A DNA stretch of 59,531 bases, taken from positions 1-59,531 of the forward strand of contig JAPLLX010000005.1 in assembly GCA_026387335.1 (NCBI GenBank), in the 5' to 3' direction. The notes below the pieces were generated by a model, which was given only the letters and a program-made list of their open reading frames with translations, was not told the origin of the DNA and did not search any database. The stretch comes from Candidatus Omnitrophota bacterium (lineage in GTDB: Bacteria; Omnitrophota; Gorgyraeia; Gygaellales; Profunditerraquicolaceae). A program made the position numbers and the translations under genes. Of this stretch, positions 42,431-52,299 are shown piece after piece. Each line of letters opens with the position of its first letter. Position 1 is the first letter of the stretch.

Positions 42431-43255
42431 TTACTTTTCCCACAATTCCGGGTTTTTCTCAAGCATCTTTAGAAAAGTATCTACCACTTGCGGAGAATGC
42501 TGCGTGCCGCGGGATTTCTTTAATTCCGAGATTATTGTCTCTCTATCCAGCGCTTCGCGGTAGGCCCTCCTGGAATTCATAGCGTCAAAGGCGTCGGCAA
42601 CGGATATAATCATAGCCTCAAAACTGATCTCCTTGGCCTTTAAGCCCTTTGGATAACCTTTCCCGTCATAGCGCTCGTGATGCTGCACAATTACTTCTTT
42701 CTCCGTAGCTAAAAATTTTAACGGCTCTAAAATAGCGGCCGCGTTTTCCGGATGCTTCTTAATCATCTCAAATTCTTCATCCGTTAATTTTTCTTTCTTA
42801 TTCAGTATGGCGTCACTTAAGCCGATTTTACCTATATCGTGCAATATGCCTGCCCGATTGACGATATTCTTCTTATCGTCGGTTAAACTTAATTCTTTGG
42901 CGATAGCCAGGGCGATCTTGGTCACTCTCTCCGAATGGCCGCGGGTGTAGAGGTCTTTTGCTTCCTCGGTCTTGATTAACGCGCCGATGGTATCAATTTC
43001 AGCGCTCTTTAGATGTTCCTGGGTAAGGCGCAGGTCTTTATTCATACTGACCAGCTTATGAAAATCAAACATCTCCTGGAGCCATAAGTAAAAGAGGATG
43101 GCCAGGATAATAAACAGGAAAAACTTATCGGGTATGATCTCGCTGGAGGGAAAATATTGCAGCAATAACAGGCGCAACATGGTGAGGCAGGAAAGCAGGA
43201 TTACTACAGTTATTTTAAAACCGTGGCTGGCGCTGCGGTATTTCTCTTTGCTCAT
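42431..43255 (-). CDS. Membrane-anchored HD-GYP-type phosphodiesterase domain protein
   Basis: Two N-terminal TM helices, HD motifs (GHSERV, LHDIGK) and HHERYDGKGYP. Confidence 0.8.
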   Translation of the reverse strand: MSKEKYRSASHGFKITVVILLSCLTMLRLLLLQYFPSSEIIPDKFFLFIILAILFYLWLQEMFDFHKLVSMNKDLRLTQEHLKSAEIDTIGALIKTEEAKDLYTRGHSERVTKIALAIAKELSLTDDKKNIVNRAGILHDIGKIGLSDAILNKKEKLTDEEFEMIKKHPENAAAILEPLKFLATEKEVIVQHHERYDGKGYPKGLKAKEISFEAMIISVADAFDAMNSRRAYREALDRETIISELKKSRGTQHSPQVVDTFLKMLEKNPELWEK

Positions 43256-43278
43256 TTTAGAATAGCCCTAATGGATGT

Positions 43279-44289
43279 TTACTTCTTTTTGGATTTACCG
43301 TCTTTAACCGTAAAGTATGATCTATCGCGGCTGAGGTTATTGATGAAAAACTCTGAAAGAATAAAAATCTGATTTTGAGGCATTATTCTGACATAATAAG
43401 CTTTCTTATCTTTTAGAAAAGAGCCTACTTCTATTTGGATAGCTTCGGGCTTATTATCTTTAGGGAAGCTAAGCTTTAATACTTTTAGAGGGCGCTCAAG
43501 GCCGTAACTTTTAAGGTTCGGGTCCAGGATATCTTGCGCGTAAAAACCCGCCACGTTCTGCAGATATTCATTTACCCTGGCCAAATCCGGTAGAGACTTT
43601 TTATTGGCCGGGTCAAAATTCCAGACGTTGGCTACAGACTTAGTTAAAGCTAACGCGCGCTTCTTACCGACCATTAATTCTATTCTGTTTACGGAATTAA
43701 CATCAAAGGGAAAAACCCGGTAATCGGCAAAATAGTTTCCGTCGGATTTTGCCATTTTATCAAAAAGTCCGATGGCGGGTAGAATATTCCGGTTGACCAG
43801 TATGATCTTATCCGCATCAAAGACTCGGATAAAGTTCTGGTTGTCATTCGGGCTCTTAAAACTGACTACCAGATGCGCCAAAGGCTTATTATCTGCGCCG
43901 GACAAGATCAGATGAGCGGCTTGATTATCCTGAATCTGGAAATCTGCGAATACACTTTTGGAATCACCTCTTAACTCTCCTTTTAAGTCTTTTAAGCTAT
44001 TGAAAAGGTTATCCACCGCTTCATTTCTGGCTTTTAAACCGAGTTTACTCTCTAAAACCCATTGCCCGTCATTTTGCCTAGAGAGGATTACCTTATTTTG
44101 CGCATCATCACCTTTGTAAATTATAATTTTAGACGCGAAAATATTCATACTGCTGTTGACTAAAGCAATTTCCGGTTCTTCCATCTGCCCTACAACGTTA
44201 TGTTTCTTCTGAAAGGAATTTTTGATTACGACCAGAACCAGCAGAACGAAAACAATACCGGTCAATATAAGAAGTTTTCTAAGCTTCAT
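43279..44289 (-). CDS. DUF4340-like protein associated with the GldG-type ABC transporter
   Basis: N-terminal anchor and no catalytic motif. Sits downstream of a GldG-like gene, which is the usual context for DUF4340. Confidence 0.5.
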   Translation of the reverse strand: MKLRKLLILTGIVFVLLVLVVIKNSFQKKHNVVGQMEEPEIALVNSSMNIFASKIIIYKGDDAQNKVILSRQNDGQWVLESKLGLKARNEAVDNLFNSLKDLKGELRGDSKSVFADFQIQDNQAAHLILSGADNKPLAHLVVSFKSPNDNQNFIRVFDADKIILVNRNILPAIGLFDKMAKSDGNYFADYRVFPFDVNSVNRIELMVGKKRALALTKSVANVWNFDPANKKSLPDLARVNEYLQNVAGFYAQDILDPNLKSYGLERPLKVLKLSFPKDNKPEAIQIEVGSFLKDKKAYYVRIMPQNQIFILSEFFINNLSRDRSYFTVKDGKSKKK

Positions 44290-46690
44290 TATTGCCTCTC
44301 GTCGATAAATAAGCTTGCTTCTCTTTCCTGCGCAGCAGGAGCCTGATGTAGGCGTAGACTGCCCAAAGAAGGGGAATACTTACTAAGGCGATAAACCTAT
44401 ACCAAGCTATCTGAGAATCTGTCAACTTTTTGATATTACGGCTTAAAATAGACTTAGAGCGTATTTGGATAAGGTCATCCCCTAAAGCAAAGCTGTCTAC
44501 AATATTGGCGAATAAGCTTAAATTTCCCGGGCTGTTAACGATCAACTGGTCGCTAAACATTTTAGCGCAGCCGATAACGACAAGTTTACCCGGTTGGGGA
44601 TTATTCAAGGCCTCAGTTTTATCTTCTCCGGCCGGCTCTATAGCCTTGTTGAACTGGCCCTGCAGAATCACCCCTAAGGGGAACCTTCCGGCAGAACCTG
44701 TTTTAGGATATACTAGGGACGAACCTTTTAAAGGACCGCCTTCAAAAGGCATCTGCCAGCTCTTAGGGCTGGAGGTGAATAAAAGTGTTTTCTTAAAGTC
44801 AGCCTGCTTGATAACCGGGTCAGAGAGGTCTAAAGACGACCCCCAGAGGTAAAATAAAGCGCTTAGCCTGTTCATTACCGCGGCTTTATTATCAAATAAC
44901 TGCTGCCGCACGAATATCTGATTAGGTAATTTAACCGGTATAGCCAGGGCAAATGGGCCTACATTCTGGTCGCTAGAGACGCTTATGACCTGATTATCCT
45001 CGTCCATCAGCATCTTATCGTTTATACTCACCCCCCATTTCTGGATAAGTCTATTGATATCCAGGTTTAATTTTATAGGCGTGGCATCCAGGCCTTGCGT
45101 TGGGATCATCTGGAATGAATAATCAAAACCCTGCGCGGCAATCAAGGCCGAACCCCCCTGATATAAAAATTTATTTATTTCGTAAAGCTGCCTGTCGTTT
45201 AAGGCCCCGGGGTTAATAACTAAAAGCGTAACAGTCCCTTCCGGAATAGCGCTCTCTTTAGTCAAAGCAGTACGCTCAAGGTTATAGCCGTTATTTACAA
45301 TTAATGAGGATAATGATTGATATTCATCCCTGCCCTGCGCTGATAAAGGAGAAAATAGGGCGATCTTCGGCCTTTTCTCCAAGGTCAATTTTACAATCCT
45401 GGAAAGAAGCATATATTCTAGATCCGGAATACTCTGCGGAAGCACGCGCGGCAGGATCTCTTCGTTTTTATCCAGGTAATTTATGCTGATGGCTGAATAG
45501 ACCAGCCTGACGCCAAGAGCATCCTTATCTATGCTTTCCACTTGAAAAGGAACAATACCTTTTGCCTGAAGAGATTTTTCCAGCGAATTAGCGGTAGCCG
45601 GCGCGCCCGGAACATTCTGCTGCTGGTTTGCTTCGATAAGCTTGGCCGCCTCTATATAAACAACTTTAAAATTTAATTTGTTTTTAGAAGCGATGCGTAA
45701 TTCATCCAGCTTGCCGGTGATCACCTGCTCCAGGGTTTTAATGGCTGTGGGCATCTTCTCAACCGGAGTAATGTAAACCTTTATCTGAACAGGCGCCTTA
45801 AGATTAGAAAGGATTCTTCTGGAAGCGTCGGAAACAGTATAAATTTTATTCTCGGTAATATCAAACCTTCCCAGCGATAGATCCTTGATCAGCCAGTTAA
45901 ACAAAATCGCTCCCACTAAACACACAGCCACAGCCGACCCAAAAACAAACTTTGCCCGCGGCCTTAACCTGCCCTCAAAAGAGAGACCGTTAAGCAGAAG
46001 GAAAATAAAACTCATCACTATAAAATATAACAGGTCTTTAATATCGATTATGCCCCGGTTAAAACTCGCCCCATGGCCTGAGGCGCCGATATAATTCTTC
46101 ATGAAGCTGCCTAAACCGGGAATCCAGCCGTCAAAAAAAGTAGCCAGAAAATCCATTCCTAATAACAGAATAAAAAAACAGGATAAAGTAGTCAGCACAA
46201 AGGCGATAATCTGTTCCTTGGTCAGGCCGGAAATGAATATGCCGATGGACATAAATAAAGCGCCCAGCATCAAAGCTCCGGTATAAGAAGCAATAATCCT
46301 GCCGGCGTCGGGTGAGCCGCAAATGAATAAAACTAACGGGACGCTGAAAGTGCTGGCTAGCGAGATAATATAGAAGACTAGGGCCGCTAAGAATTTCCCT
46401 AAAACCAGTTCCGCCGGCTGCATCGGGAAAGTCAACAATAGTTCAAAGGTGTTTTCCTTCCGGTCTTCCGCCCACAGGCGCATAGTAATGACCGGGATAA
46501 AAAGCAATAAGACATACGGCAGCGCCCAAAAAAACGGATCCATATCCGCGCGGCCGACCAAAAAGAACTGGGTCATAAATAAACCGTTATTAATCGCTAT
46601 AAAAGCGATCAAATAGACATAGGCGACGGCAGAGTTGAAATAACCTCCGAGTTCGCGTTTTAAGACTGTAACGATATTTTTTATATTCAT
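44279..46690 (-). CDS. ABC-2 permease fused to a GldG-like auxiliary domain
   Basis: N-terminal roughly 240 aa with 6 TM helices (ABC-2 type), a large periplasmic region, and a C-terminal TM anchor, as in GldF-GldG fusions. Confidence 0.65.
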   Translation of the reverse strand: MNIKNIVTVLKRELGGYFNSAVAYVYLIAFIAINNGLFMTQFFLVGRADMDPFFWALPYVLLLFIPVITMRLWAEDRKENTFELLLTFPMQPAELVLGKFLAALVFYIISLASTFSVPLVLFICGSPDAGRIIASYTGALMLGALFMSIGIFISGLTKEQIIAFVLTTLSCFFILLLGMDFLATFFDGWIPGLGSFMKNYIGASGHGASFNRGIIDIKDLLYFIVMSFIFLLLNGLSFEGRLRPRAKFVFGSAVAVCLVGAILFNWLIKDLSLGRFDITENKIYTVSDASRRILSNLKAPVQIKVYITPVEKMPTAIKTLEQVITGKLDELRIASKNKLNFKVVYIEAAKLIEANQQQNVPGAPATANSLEKSLQAKGIVPFQVESIDKDALGVRLVYSAISINYLDKNEEILPRVLPQSIPDLEYMLLSRIVKLTLEKRPKIALFSPLSAQGRDEYQSLSSLIVNNGYNLERTALTKESAIPEGTVTLLVINPGALNDRQLYEINKFLYQGGSALIAAQGFDYSFQMIPTQGLDATPIKLNLDINRLIQKWGVSINDKMLMDEDNQVISVSSDQNVGPFALAIPVKLPNQIFVRQQLFDNKAAVMNRLSALFYLWGSSLDLSDPVIKQADFKKTLLFTSSPKSWQMPFEGGPLKGSSLVYPKTGSAGRFPLGVILQGQFNKAIEPAGEDKTEALNNPQPGKLVVIGCAKMFSDQLIVNSPGNLSLFANIVDSFALGDDLIQIRSKSILSRNIKKLTDSQIAWYRFIALVSIPLLWAVYAYIRLLLRRKEKQAYLSTRGNNEA

Positions 46691-47625
46691 TTTTCTGTTC
46701 TCTTAAAAAGGCCCAAGAAAACCTCCTCTAAGGAAGGCTCCTTAACCGACACTTCAGCCAAAACCCAGCCCTTCTCTTTAGCCAGGGTATTAACTGACTT
46801 TAGCGCTTCATTCACGGAAAGGATTGAGCATAAAAATCTGGGCGCGGAATTTAGATTACCTATATAGTTAACTCCCTTTATAGTGGAAAGCGCGTTAAGC
46901 GCTTTTTCCACATCTTCTTTCTGGGCCTCTAATGAGACGAATAAAGACGGCACACCTGTATTTTCTTTCTTGAGCTCCGGAATCAATCCGTTGGCGATGA
47001 TTTTACCGCGGTCTATGATTACCAGACGCTCGGCTACACTTGAGGCTTCCTGTAAGATATGCGTTGAAAATATGATCGTCTTCTCGGCGGCTAAATCCTT
47101 GATCAGCTTACGCATCAGAATAATCTGCATCGGGTCAAGCCCGCTGGTCGGCTCATCCAGAATAACCACTTTAGGGTCATGGATCAATGCCTGGGCTAGG
47201 CCTACTCTTTGCCTGAATCCTAAAGAAAGCTCGTTGACCATATGCTTCCAGACATCCCCTATTTTTGTGGCTTCCACTACCCAGTCAATTCTTTCTTTCA
47301 ATTTTCTACCGCCTAAACCGCGGCTGGTGCCCACAAAATCAATGAATTCATCCACTCGCATATCCATATAAAGCGGAGGAGTCTCAGGAAGATAACCAAT
47401 AATCTTTCTTACGCTTAAGGGATCCTGGGTTATATCAATTCCGTTAATCCTGGCGGTTCCTTTGGTGGGGTAAAAAAAGGTGGTGAGGACGCGCATCAGG
47501 GTGGTCTTGCCTGCGCCGTTAGGCCCGAGCAAACCCACGATCTCCCGCTCTTTGGCCTCAAAAGATACAGCGTCAAGAGCAAGAACCGGACCGTAACTCA
47601 TTGAGAGGTTAGTCACTTCGATCAT
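46687..47625 (-). CDS. ABC transporter ATP-binding protein (GldA-like)
   Basis: Walker A GPNGAGKTT, signature LSLGFRQR, Walker B VILDEPTSGLD, and an H-loop STHIL. Confidence 0.9.
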   Translation of the reverse strand: MIEVTNLSMSYGPVLALDAVSFEAKEREIVGLLGPNGAGKTTLMRVLTTFFYPTKGTARINGIDITQDPLSVRKIIGYLPETPPLYMDMRVDEFIDFVGTSRGLGGRKLKERIDWVVEATKIGDVWKHMVNELSLGFRQRVGLAQALIHDPKVVILDEPTSGLDPMQIILMRKLIKDLAAEKTIIFSTHILQEASSVAERLVIIDRGKIIANGLIPELKKENTGVPSLFVSLEAQKEDVEKALNALSTIKGVNYIGNLNSAPRFLCSILSVNEALKSVNTLAKEKGWVLAEVSVKEPSLEEVFLGLFKRTEK

Positions 47626-47692
47626 ATTTTAATTACCTTGCAATAAGCAAATCTCTTTAATTTGTATTAGTATATAATTTTTAAAAATTTTG

Positions 47693-48112
47693 TCAAGCCC
47701 CTTTGGCAGCATCGGGAGGGAATTTGTTGCGTTTTAAGAAATCCCTTATAGCAGCCTTGTCTACTTCTAGTATCTTGTCAAAACGTATGCCTATCCTATG
47801 AGATATATCCTTAATGGCGGTATTAGAGACTGTTTCTCCGATTAAGTCCATACGCCTTATGCGTTCTTCGCCGGTTAAGTGCAAATCTATAATATTAAAT
47901 TTAATATGCAGCTGTGTGCCGACAGGAATATTGTGCTTGGTGATTATCGCCACGCCTAAGTCGCTTAAATTCACCATTAACGCGTCTTTTTCATCAGCTA
48001 AACCGAAGCTAACGCTTAAGGCATAAGGCTTTTCTACATTATAAATAAGGGTAAACGCGGCATCAATACGTTCAGACTTCCTGCGTTCCGGCCTTTCTCT
48101 CCCGTCTTCCAC
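47693..48112 (-). CDS. PilZ-domain protein
   Basis: RRKSER (RxxxR) near the N-terminus and NLSDLG (DxSxxG-like) about 30 aa later. Confidence 0.65.
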   Translation of the reverse strand: MEDGRERPERRKSERIDAAFTLIYNVEKPYALSVSFGLADEKDALMVNLSDLGVAIITKHNIPVGTQLHIKFNIIDLHLTGEERIRRMDLIGETVSNTAIKDISHRIGIRFDKILEVDKAAIRDFLKRNKFPPDAAKGA

Positions 48113-48144
48113 AGTCCCTCCATATTTAAAGGAGACTAAAATTA

Positions 48145-48218
48145 TGCGCCCGGGGGGATTTGAACTCCCAACGCCTAGCTCCGAAGGCTAGCGCTCTATC
48201 CAGTTGAGCTACAGGCGC
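48145..48218 (-). tRNA. tRNA-Arg (anticodon TCG)
   Basis: Acceptor GCGCCTG/CGGGCGC (one G-T pair), anticodon arm CTAGC-CTTCGGA-GCTAG, T loop TTCAAAT (one A-C mismatch in the T stem), discriminator A. Confidence 0.8.
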
Positions 48219-48269
48219 GCTATAGCATTACGCCATGTGGTCAACTCTCTCTGCCTGACCACAGGCGCG

Positions 48270-48989
48270 CTAAAAAATCTCCACATTTTCCCCTAATATT
48301 TCTTTAATCTTCTTCAGTTTACTCTTGGCTACGGCCAGGACGCCGGCTTCGGCAGTAGTGCGCACAGGAGAATTCAACTGCACCTTATCCGGATTTATGC
48401 TGGCAATAATTTTCTTTAACTTACGGATATGCCGGATATCGTCGTTAACTCCCTTTACCAGCATCACCTCCAGCCAGATCTTACCGCGGAATTCCCTTCT
48501 TAAAGCGATCAAACCGTTAATGATATCTTCTATATTTATACCTACCTGCGGCCGGTCAATTTTAACGAACAGCTCTTGAGTCACCGCGTCTAAAGAAGGA
48601 ACGATTAAATCCGCTCCCGCTATCTGCCGGCGCACTTCTTTATCCGACAAGAACGCAGCATTAGTAAAGACTGCGACCTTAAGGTTGGTGAGCTTCTTTA
48701 TCTCTAGAATCAGTTCCCCGAATTTATTATTTAAGGTGGGTTCCCCTGAACCGGAGAGAGTAATATATTCTAAACTTTGGGTTATATCTTTTTTACTCCC
48801 CAGCCAAAACTTTAATTCATCAACGATAGCGCTTACTTTTATGTATTCCCTGCGCTCAGTAGTCTTGTTATTGGTCTTACCCAGTTGGCAATAAATACAA
48901 TCAAAATTGCAGGTCTTGTAGGAGGTCAGGCTTATACCCAGAGAATATCCGATTCTACGCGATTTTACCGGGCCGTATAAATATTTCAT
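48270..48989 (-). CDS. Radical SAM protein (COG0731-like)
   Basis: YGPVKSRRIGYSLGISL...CNFDCIYCQ, i.e. a CxxxCxxC cluster in the context typical of this small radical SAM group. Confidence 0.75.
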   Translation of the reverse strand: MKYLYGPVKSRRIGYSLGISLTSYKTCNFDCIYCQLGKTNNKTTERREYIKVSAIVDELKFWLGSKKDITQSLEYITLSGSGEPTLNNKFGELILEIKKLTNLKVAVFTNAAFLSDKEVRRQIAGADLIVPSLDAVTQELFVKIDRPQVGINIEDIINGLIALRREFRGKIWLEVMLVKGVNDDIRHIRKLKKIIASINPDKVQLNSPVRTTAEAGVLAVAKSKLKKIKEILGENVEIF

Positions 48990-49061
48990 ATCTTCTTAAA
49001 AATTTAGGCGTCCCGCTGAAAACGCGGGGCGCCTAAAAGTCCTTGATTCATTTTAAGCAGT

Positions 49062-49337
49062 CTATTTGACTTCCATAACGCAGTTGCTGGTACCAAAGGC
49101 ATTTGGCACGCAGGCCGTGCAACGCGGATCATTGATCCAAGCTCCGTCAACCCAGAATTTATACTCATGCCTGCCGGGTTTAAGATTGGCCTTGACCAGC
49201 CAATTACCTTTAGAGTCACTCTTGGCGCTGGATTTTTTAATATCCCATTTATTAAAGCTGCCGGCCAGAGTTACTTTCTTAGCTTTTGGAGCATAAAGCT
49301 TAAATTCCACTGTTTTTGACCCCATTGATCTTACCAT
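49062..49337 (-). CDS. Glycogen-binding (CBM48/AMPK-beta-like) domain protein
   Basis: VEFKLYAPKAKKVTLAGSFNKWD...GNWLVKANLKPGRHEYKFWVDGAWINDP. Confidence 0.75.
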   Translation of the reverse strand: MVRSMGSKTVEFKLYAPKAKKVTLAGSFNKWDIKKSSAKSDSKGNWLVKANLKPGRHEYKFWVDGAWINDPRCTACVPNAFGTSNCVMEVK

Positions 49338-49413
49338 ATTCCCCTCCTCCTGTTATACCTTACTTATACACCTAACCCAATAAGTGTCAAGAAAAAGTTG
49401 CATTAACGCAATA

Positions 49414-50217
49414 TCAAACGCCGACTATTGAAATGCCTTTCCTATCTGCCAGCTTAATAGCAGCATCCCGGTCGATAAAAAGTGTCTTATCTGCTTCTAC
49501 GGCAAGGCATTTGGCGCCTGCTTTTATCAGGCTTTGAATGGTCTTTAGCCCGATTACCGGTATATCAAAACGCATATCCTGCTTGGGCTTAGCTACCTTG
49601 ATTACGGTTATCCCGCCCCGGGCAATTTTACCCGCCCGCTTAATCAGATTATCCGTCCCCTCCAAAGCTTCCACCGCTACAATGGCCTTCTCTTTCACGG
49701 CTACCGTCTGACCTATATCCAGAGCGCTAACTTGTTTAGCCAGTTCAAAACCAAAATTAATATCCTCCCAAACTAACGGATCAGGCTGACGCCGGGTAAG
49801 CAAGCCTTTCTTAACTAATAAATCCTGAATAAAGATGGAGGAATCCAGTAATTCTAAACCGGCGGCTGTCAGTTTATCCGCGATCGCTCCAAATATCGTA
49901 TCCGCTTTTTTATTTCTAATGCTTAAAAGCATCTGCTGTATATCTTCGCTTTTTTTCACCTCTTGGCTAAACAGCCTGGCCGGGCTGACCTGGCCGGCCA
50001 TGACCACCTTATTTAACCCTTCAGAGCGGAATATTTCAAACATCCGGTTAAACTCAGATAATTTAAGCCAATAGGTTTTATCCGCTAATTTTTTTATTCT
50101 TGGGCAGGTGTCACCCTTGATGGCAACAGCCACGACAGAATACCCCTTAAGCCTGGCAGCTTCGCAAAACAAAAGAGGAAATTTTCTGTTTCCGGCGATT
50201 AAACCTATTTTTTGCAT
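49414..50217 (-). CDS. lpxI: UDP-2,3-diacylglucosamine pyrophosphatase LpxI (DUF1009)
   Basis: MQKIGLIAGNRKFP N-terminus and a C-terminal FDIPVIGLKTIQSLIKAGAKCLAVEADKTLFIDR. Start moved to 50217, because the longer track ORF overlaps lpxA. Confidence 0.8.
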   Translation of the reverse strand: MQKIGLIAGNRKFPLLFCEAARLKGYSVVAVAIKGDTCPRIKKLADKTYWLKLSEFNRMFEIFRSEGLNKVVMAGQVSPARLFSQEVKKSEDIQQMLLSIRNKKADTIFGAIADKLTAAGLELLDSSIFIQDLLVKKGLLTRRQPDPLVWEDINFGFELAKQVSALDIGQTVAVKEKAIVAVEALEGTDNLIKRAGKIARGGITVIKVAKPKQDMRFDIPVIGLKTIQSLIKAGAKCLAVEADKTLFIDRDAAIKLADRKGISIVGV

Positions 50218-50218
50218 T

Positions 50219-51001
50219 TTATTTCCTGCAGGAACGCGCGATTCCGCGCTCTGTCTTCTTGATGAACTCAACGAGGTAACTGACTTCGGTGGTTAACTCA
50301 ACTTCCTGGATTAATTTTTCCAGGCCATGTTTTATGGAAAGCCCTGAACTAAAAAGTATCCTGAAAGAATCATCCAGCTTGCCGATTGAACTCTTGGAAA
50401 CTTTATGCCGCCTAAGGCCGATAAGGTTTAAACCGAATACAGCCGCCGGATGCCCGTCACAGGTGGAATACGGAGGGATATCCTGGACCACTTTAGAGCA
50501 ACCGCCGATAATAGAAAGCTTCCCGACCCTGACAAACTGATGAATCGCGACTAACCCCCCGATAACCGCCTGGTCTTCAATAGTCACATGGCCGGCCAAA
50601 GTAGAGCCGTTGGCCAGGACACAATCGCTCCCTACCCGGCAGTCATGCGCGATATGCGAATAAGCCATTATCAGATTGCCGCTTCCGACAATAGTCTTAC
50701 CGCCTTCTTCTGTGCCCGGATTAAGCGTGCAATATTCGCGGATAATATTATTATCTCCGATTTCTAAATATACCTTTTCTCCCTTATATTTTAGATCTTG
50801 CGGCCGCGAACCGACAACGGCGCCGGTGAATAATTCGCAATTACTGCCGATAGTGGTATTTCCTTCAACCACGGCGTGATTGCCTACTTTTGTCCCTGAG
50901 CCGATAACCGCGCCATCTCCGATCACGGCGTAAGGAGCGACAATTACATCGTCGGCTAATTTTGCTTTTTTAGAAACTATCGCTGTGCTATGTATCTGCA
51001 T
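50219..51001 (-). CDS. lpxA: Acyl-ACP--UDP-N-acetylglucosamine O-acyltransferase
   Basis: Left-handed beta-helix hexapeptide repeats, a conserved HIAHDC segment, a C-terminal helical domain, and the lpx operon context. Confidence 0.9.
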   Translation of the reverse strand: MQIHSTAIVSKKAKLADDVIVAPYAVIGDGAVIGSGTKVGNHAVVEGNTTIGSNCELFTGAVVGSRPQDLKYKGEKVYLEIGDNNIIREYCTLNPGTEEGGKTIVGSGNLIMAYSHIAHDCRVGSDCVLANGSTLAGHVTIEDQAVIGGLVAIHQFVRVGKLSIIGGCSKVVQDIPPYSTCDGHPAAVFGLNLIGLRRHKVSKSSIGKLDDSFRILFSSGLSIKHGLEKLIQEVELTTEVSYLVEFIKKTERGIARSCRK

Positions 51002-51003
51002 GT

Positions 51004-52299
51004 TTAATCCTTAATTAAAGCGCAGACAAAATCCGCTTCGGCCACTACTTTACCGTCGACTAACGCCCTTCCCCGCACTTGGCCGGTCTTAGACTTTACC
51101 TTTATCGCTTCCACCTCCAGGACCAACTGGTCTCCGGGAACTACCGGCTTACGGAATTTTACATTATCAATAGATAAAAAGAAAGCGAGTTTTCCCCGGT
51201 TCTCTTCAGCGGCAAGCATCATTACTCCGCCGACCTGGGCCATGGCTTCAACAATGATCACCCCGGGCATAACGGGTCTACCGGGAAAATGCCCTTTAAA
51301 AAAATAATCGTTTATGGTCACGTTTTTAATCCCAGTGGCGGATTTTCCATATTCAATCTTGGTTATCCTATCCACGAAAAGAAACGGCTCCCGGTGCGGA
51401 ATTATTTTCATAATATCCGTGACTTCTAAAACACCCTTTTGTGTATACATAGAATCCCTCTTCCTTTGTTCAGCTATTTTTTTGACGAGTTTCAGGTTTA
51501 AAGAATGCCCGCTCTTTAGGGCGATAATATGCGCCTTTAGCGGGCAACCGGTAAAATATAAATCTCCTATCAGGTCCAAAACCTTATGCCTCACCGCTTC
51601 ATTGGGAAAACGGGTCTTATTCTTGATCACCCGGCCGTCTTTGTCCAGCACAAGCGTATTCTCATAATTCGCTCCCAGGCCCAAACCCTGGCGCTTTAAT
51701 TCAGCTACTTCGCTTTCTAAACAGAAGGTCCGGGCAGGCGCGATCTCATTCTTAAATACTTCGGGATTCAAGGTCATCTCTATAAATTCTGTCTTGGGCA
51801 ACAATAGCTTATAATCCAGGGTGTAAGAAATTTTAAATTCCGCAGCCGGCAAGGCCATAATGGAAGCGCCGGCCTCTTCTATCCGGATAGGCTCTTTAAT
51901 AGAAAAATAATCCCGCTCTTTCTCCTGTTCCTTGATGCCTGCCTGATCCAGCAGCTCTATATACTTAAGGCTGCTGCCGTCTAACCCCGGCAATTCATTG
52001 CTATCCAGCTCAACCCACAAGTTATCTACGCCTAAACCCGAGAGCGCCGCCATAAGATGTTCGACTGTCTGGATCTGGACAGTATCATTTCCGACGGAAG
52101 TCCGCCGAGGCGTACTTTGAGCGGAGAGCATATTTTCTACGCAGGCCTTAATTTTAGGAAAACCCGCGATGTCTTTACGGATAAAAACAATCCCGGTATC
52201 CGCTTCAGCCGGCTTTAAGGTGACATTTGATTTATTGCCGGTATGCAGGCCTATCCCGCTAAAACTGATTTCCCTTAAAATTGTTTTTTGTTTATCCAT
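51004..52299 (-). CDS. lpxC/fabZ: Bifunctional UDP-3-O-acyl-GlcNAc deacetylase / 3-hydroxyacyl-ACP dehydratase
   Basis: N-terminal LpxC (GIGLHTG, TVEHLMAAL, HKVLDLIGDL) fused to a FabZ hot-dog domain (LPHREPFLFVD, GHFPGRPVMPGV). Confidence 0.9.
   Translation of the reverse strand: MDKQKTILREISFSGIGLHTGNKSNVTLKPAEADTGIVFIRKDIAGFPKIKACVENMLSAQSTPRRTSVGNDTVQIQTVEHLMAALSGLGVDNLWVELDSNELPGLDGSSLKYIELLDQAGIKEQEKERDYFSIKEPIRIEEAGASIMALPAAEFKISYTLDYKLLLPKTEFIEMTLNPEVFKNEIAPARTFCLESEVAELKRQGLGLGANYENTLVLDKDGRVIKNKTRFPNEAVRHKVLDLIGDLYFTGCPLKAHIIALKSGHSLNLKLVKKIAEQRKRDSMYTQKGVLEVTDIMKIIPHREPFLFVDRITKIEYGKSATGIKNVTINDYFFKGHFPGRPVMPGVIIVEAMAQVGGVMMLAAEENRGKLAFFLSIDNVKFRKPVVPGDQLVLEVEAIKVKSKTGQVRGRALVDGKVVAEADFVCALIKD

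Noticed and set aside
48211-48272. 12-bp direct repeat ACAGGCGCGCTA (48211-48222 and 48261-48272) spanning the 5' end of tRNA-Arg(TCG)
   Set aside because: It is short and GC-rich, only 50 bp separate the copies, and no mobile-element genes are nearby. It cannot be told apart from chance or a small local duplication.
50218-50271. N-terminal extension (MSSSRRQSAESRVPAGNK) of the lpxI track ORF
   Set aside because: It overlaps the lpxA 3' end. The LpxI family N-terminus matches the internal MQKIGLIAG start.
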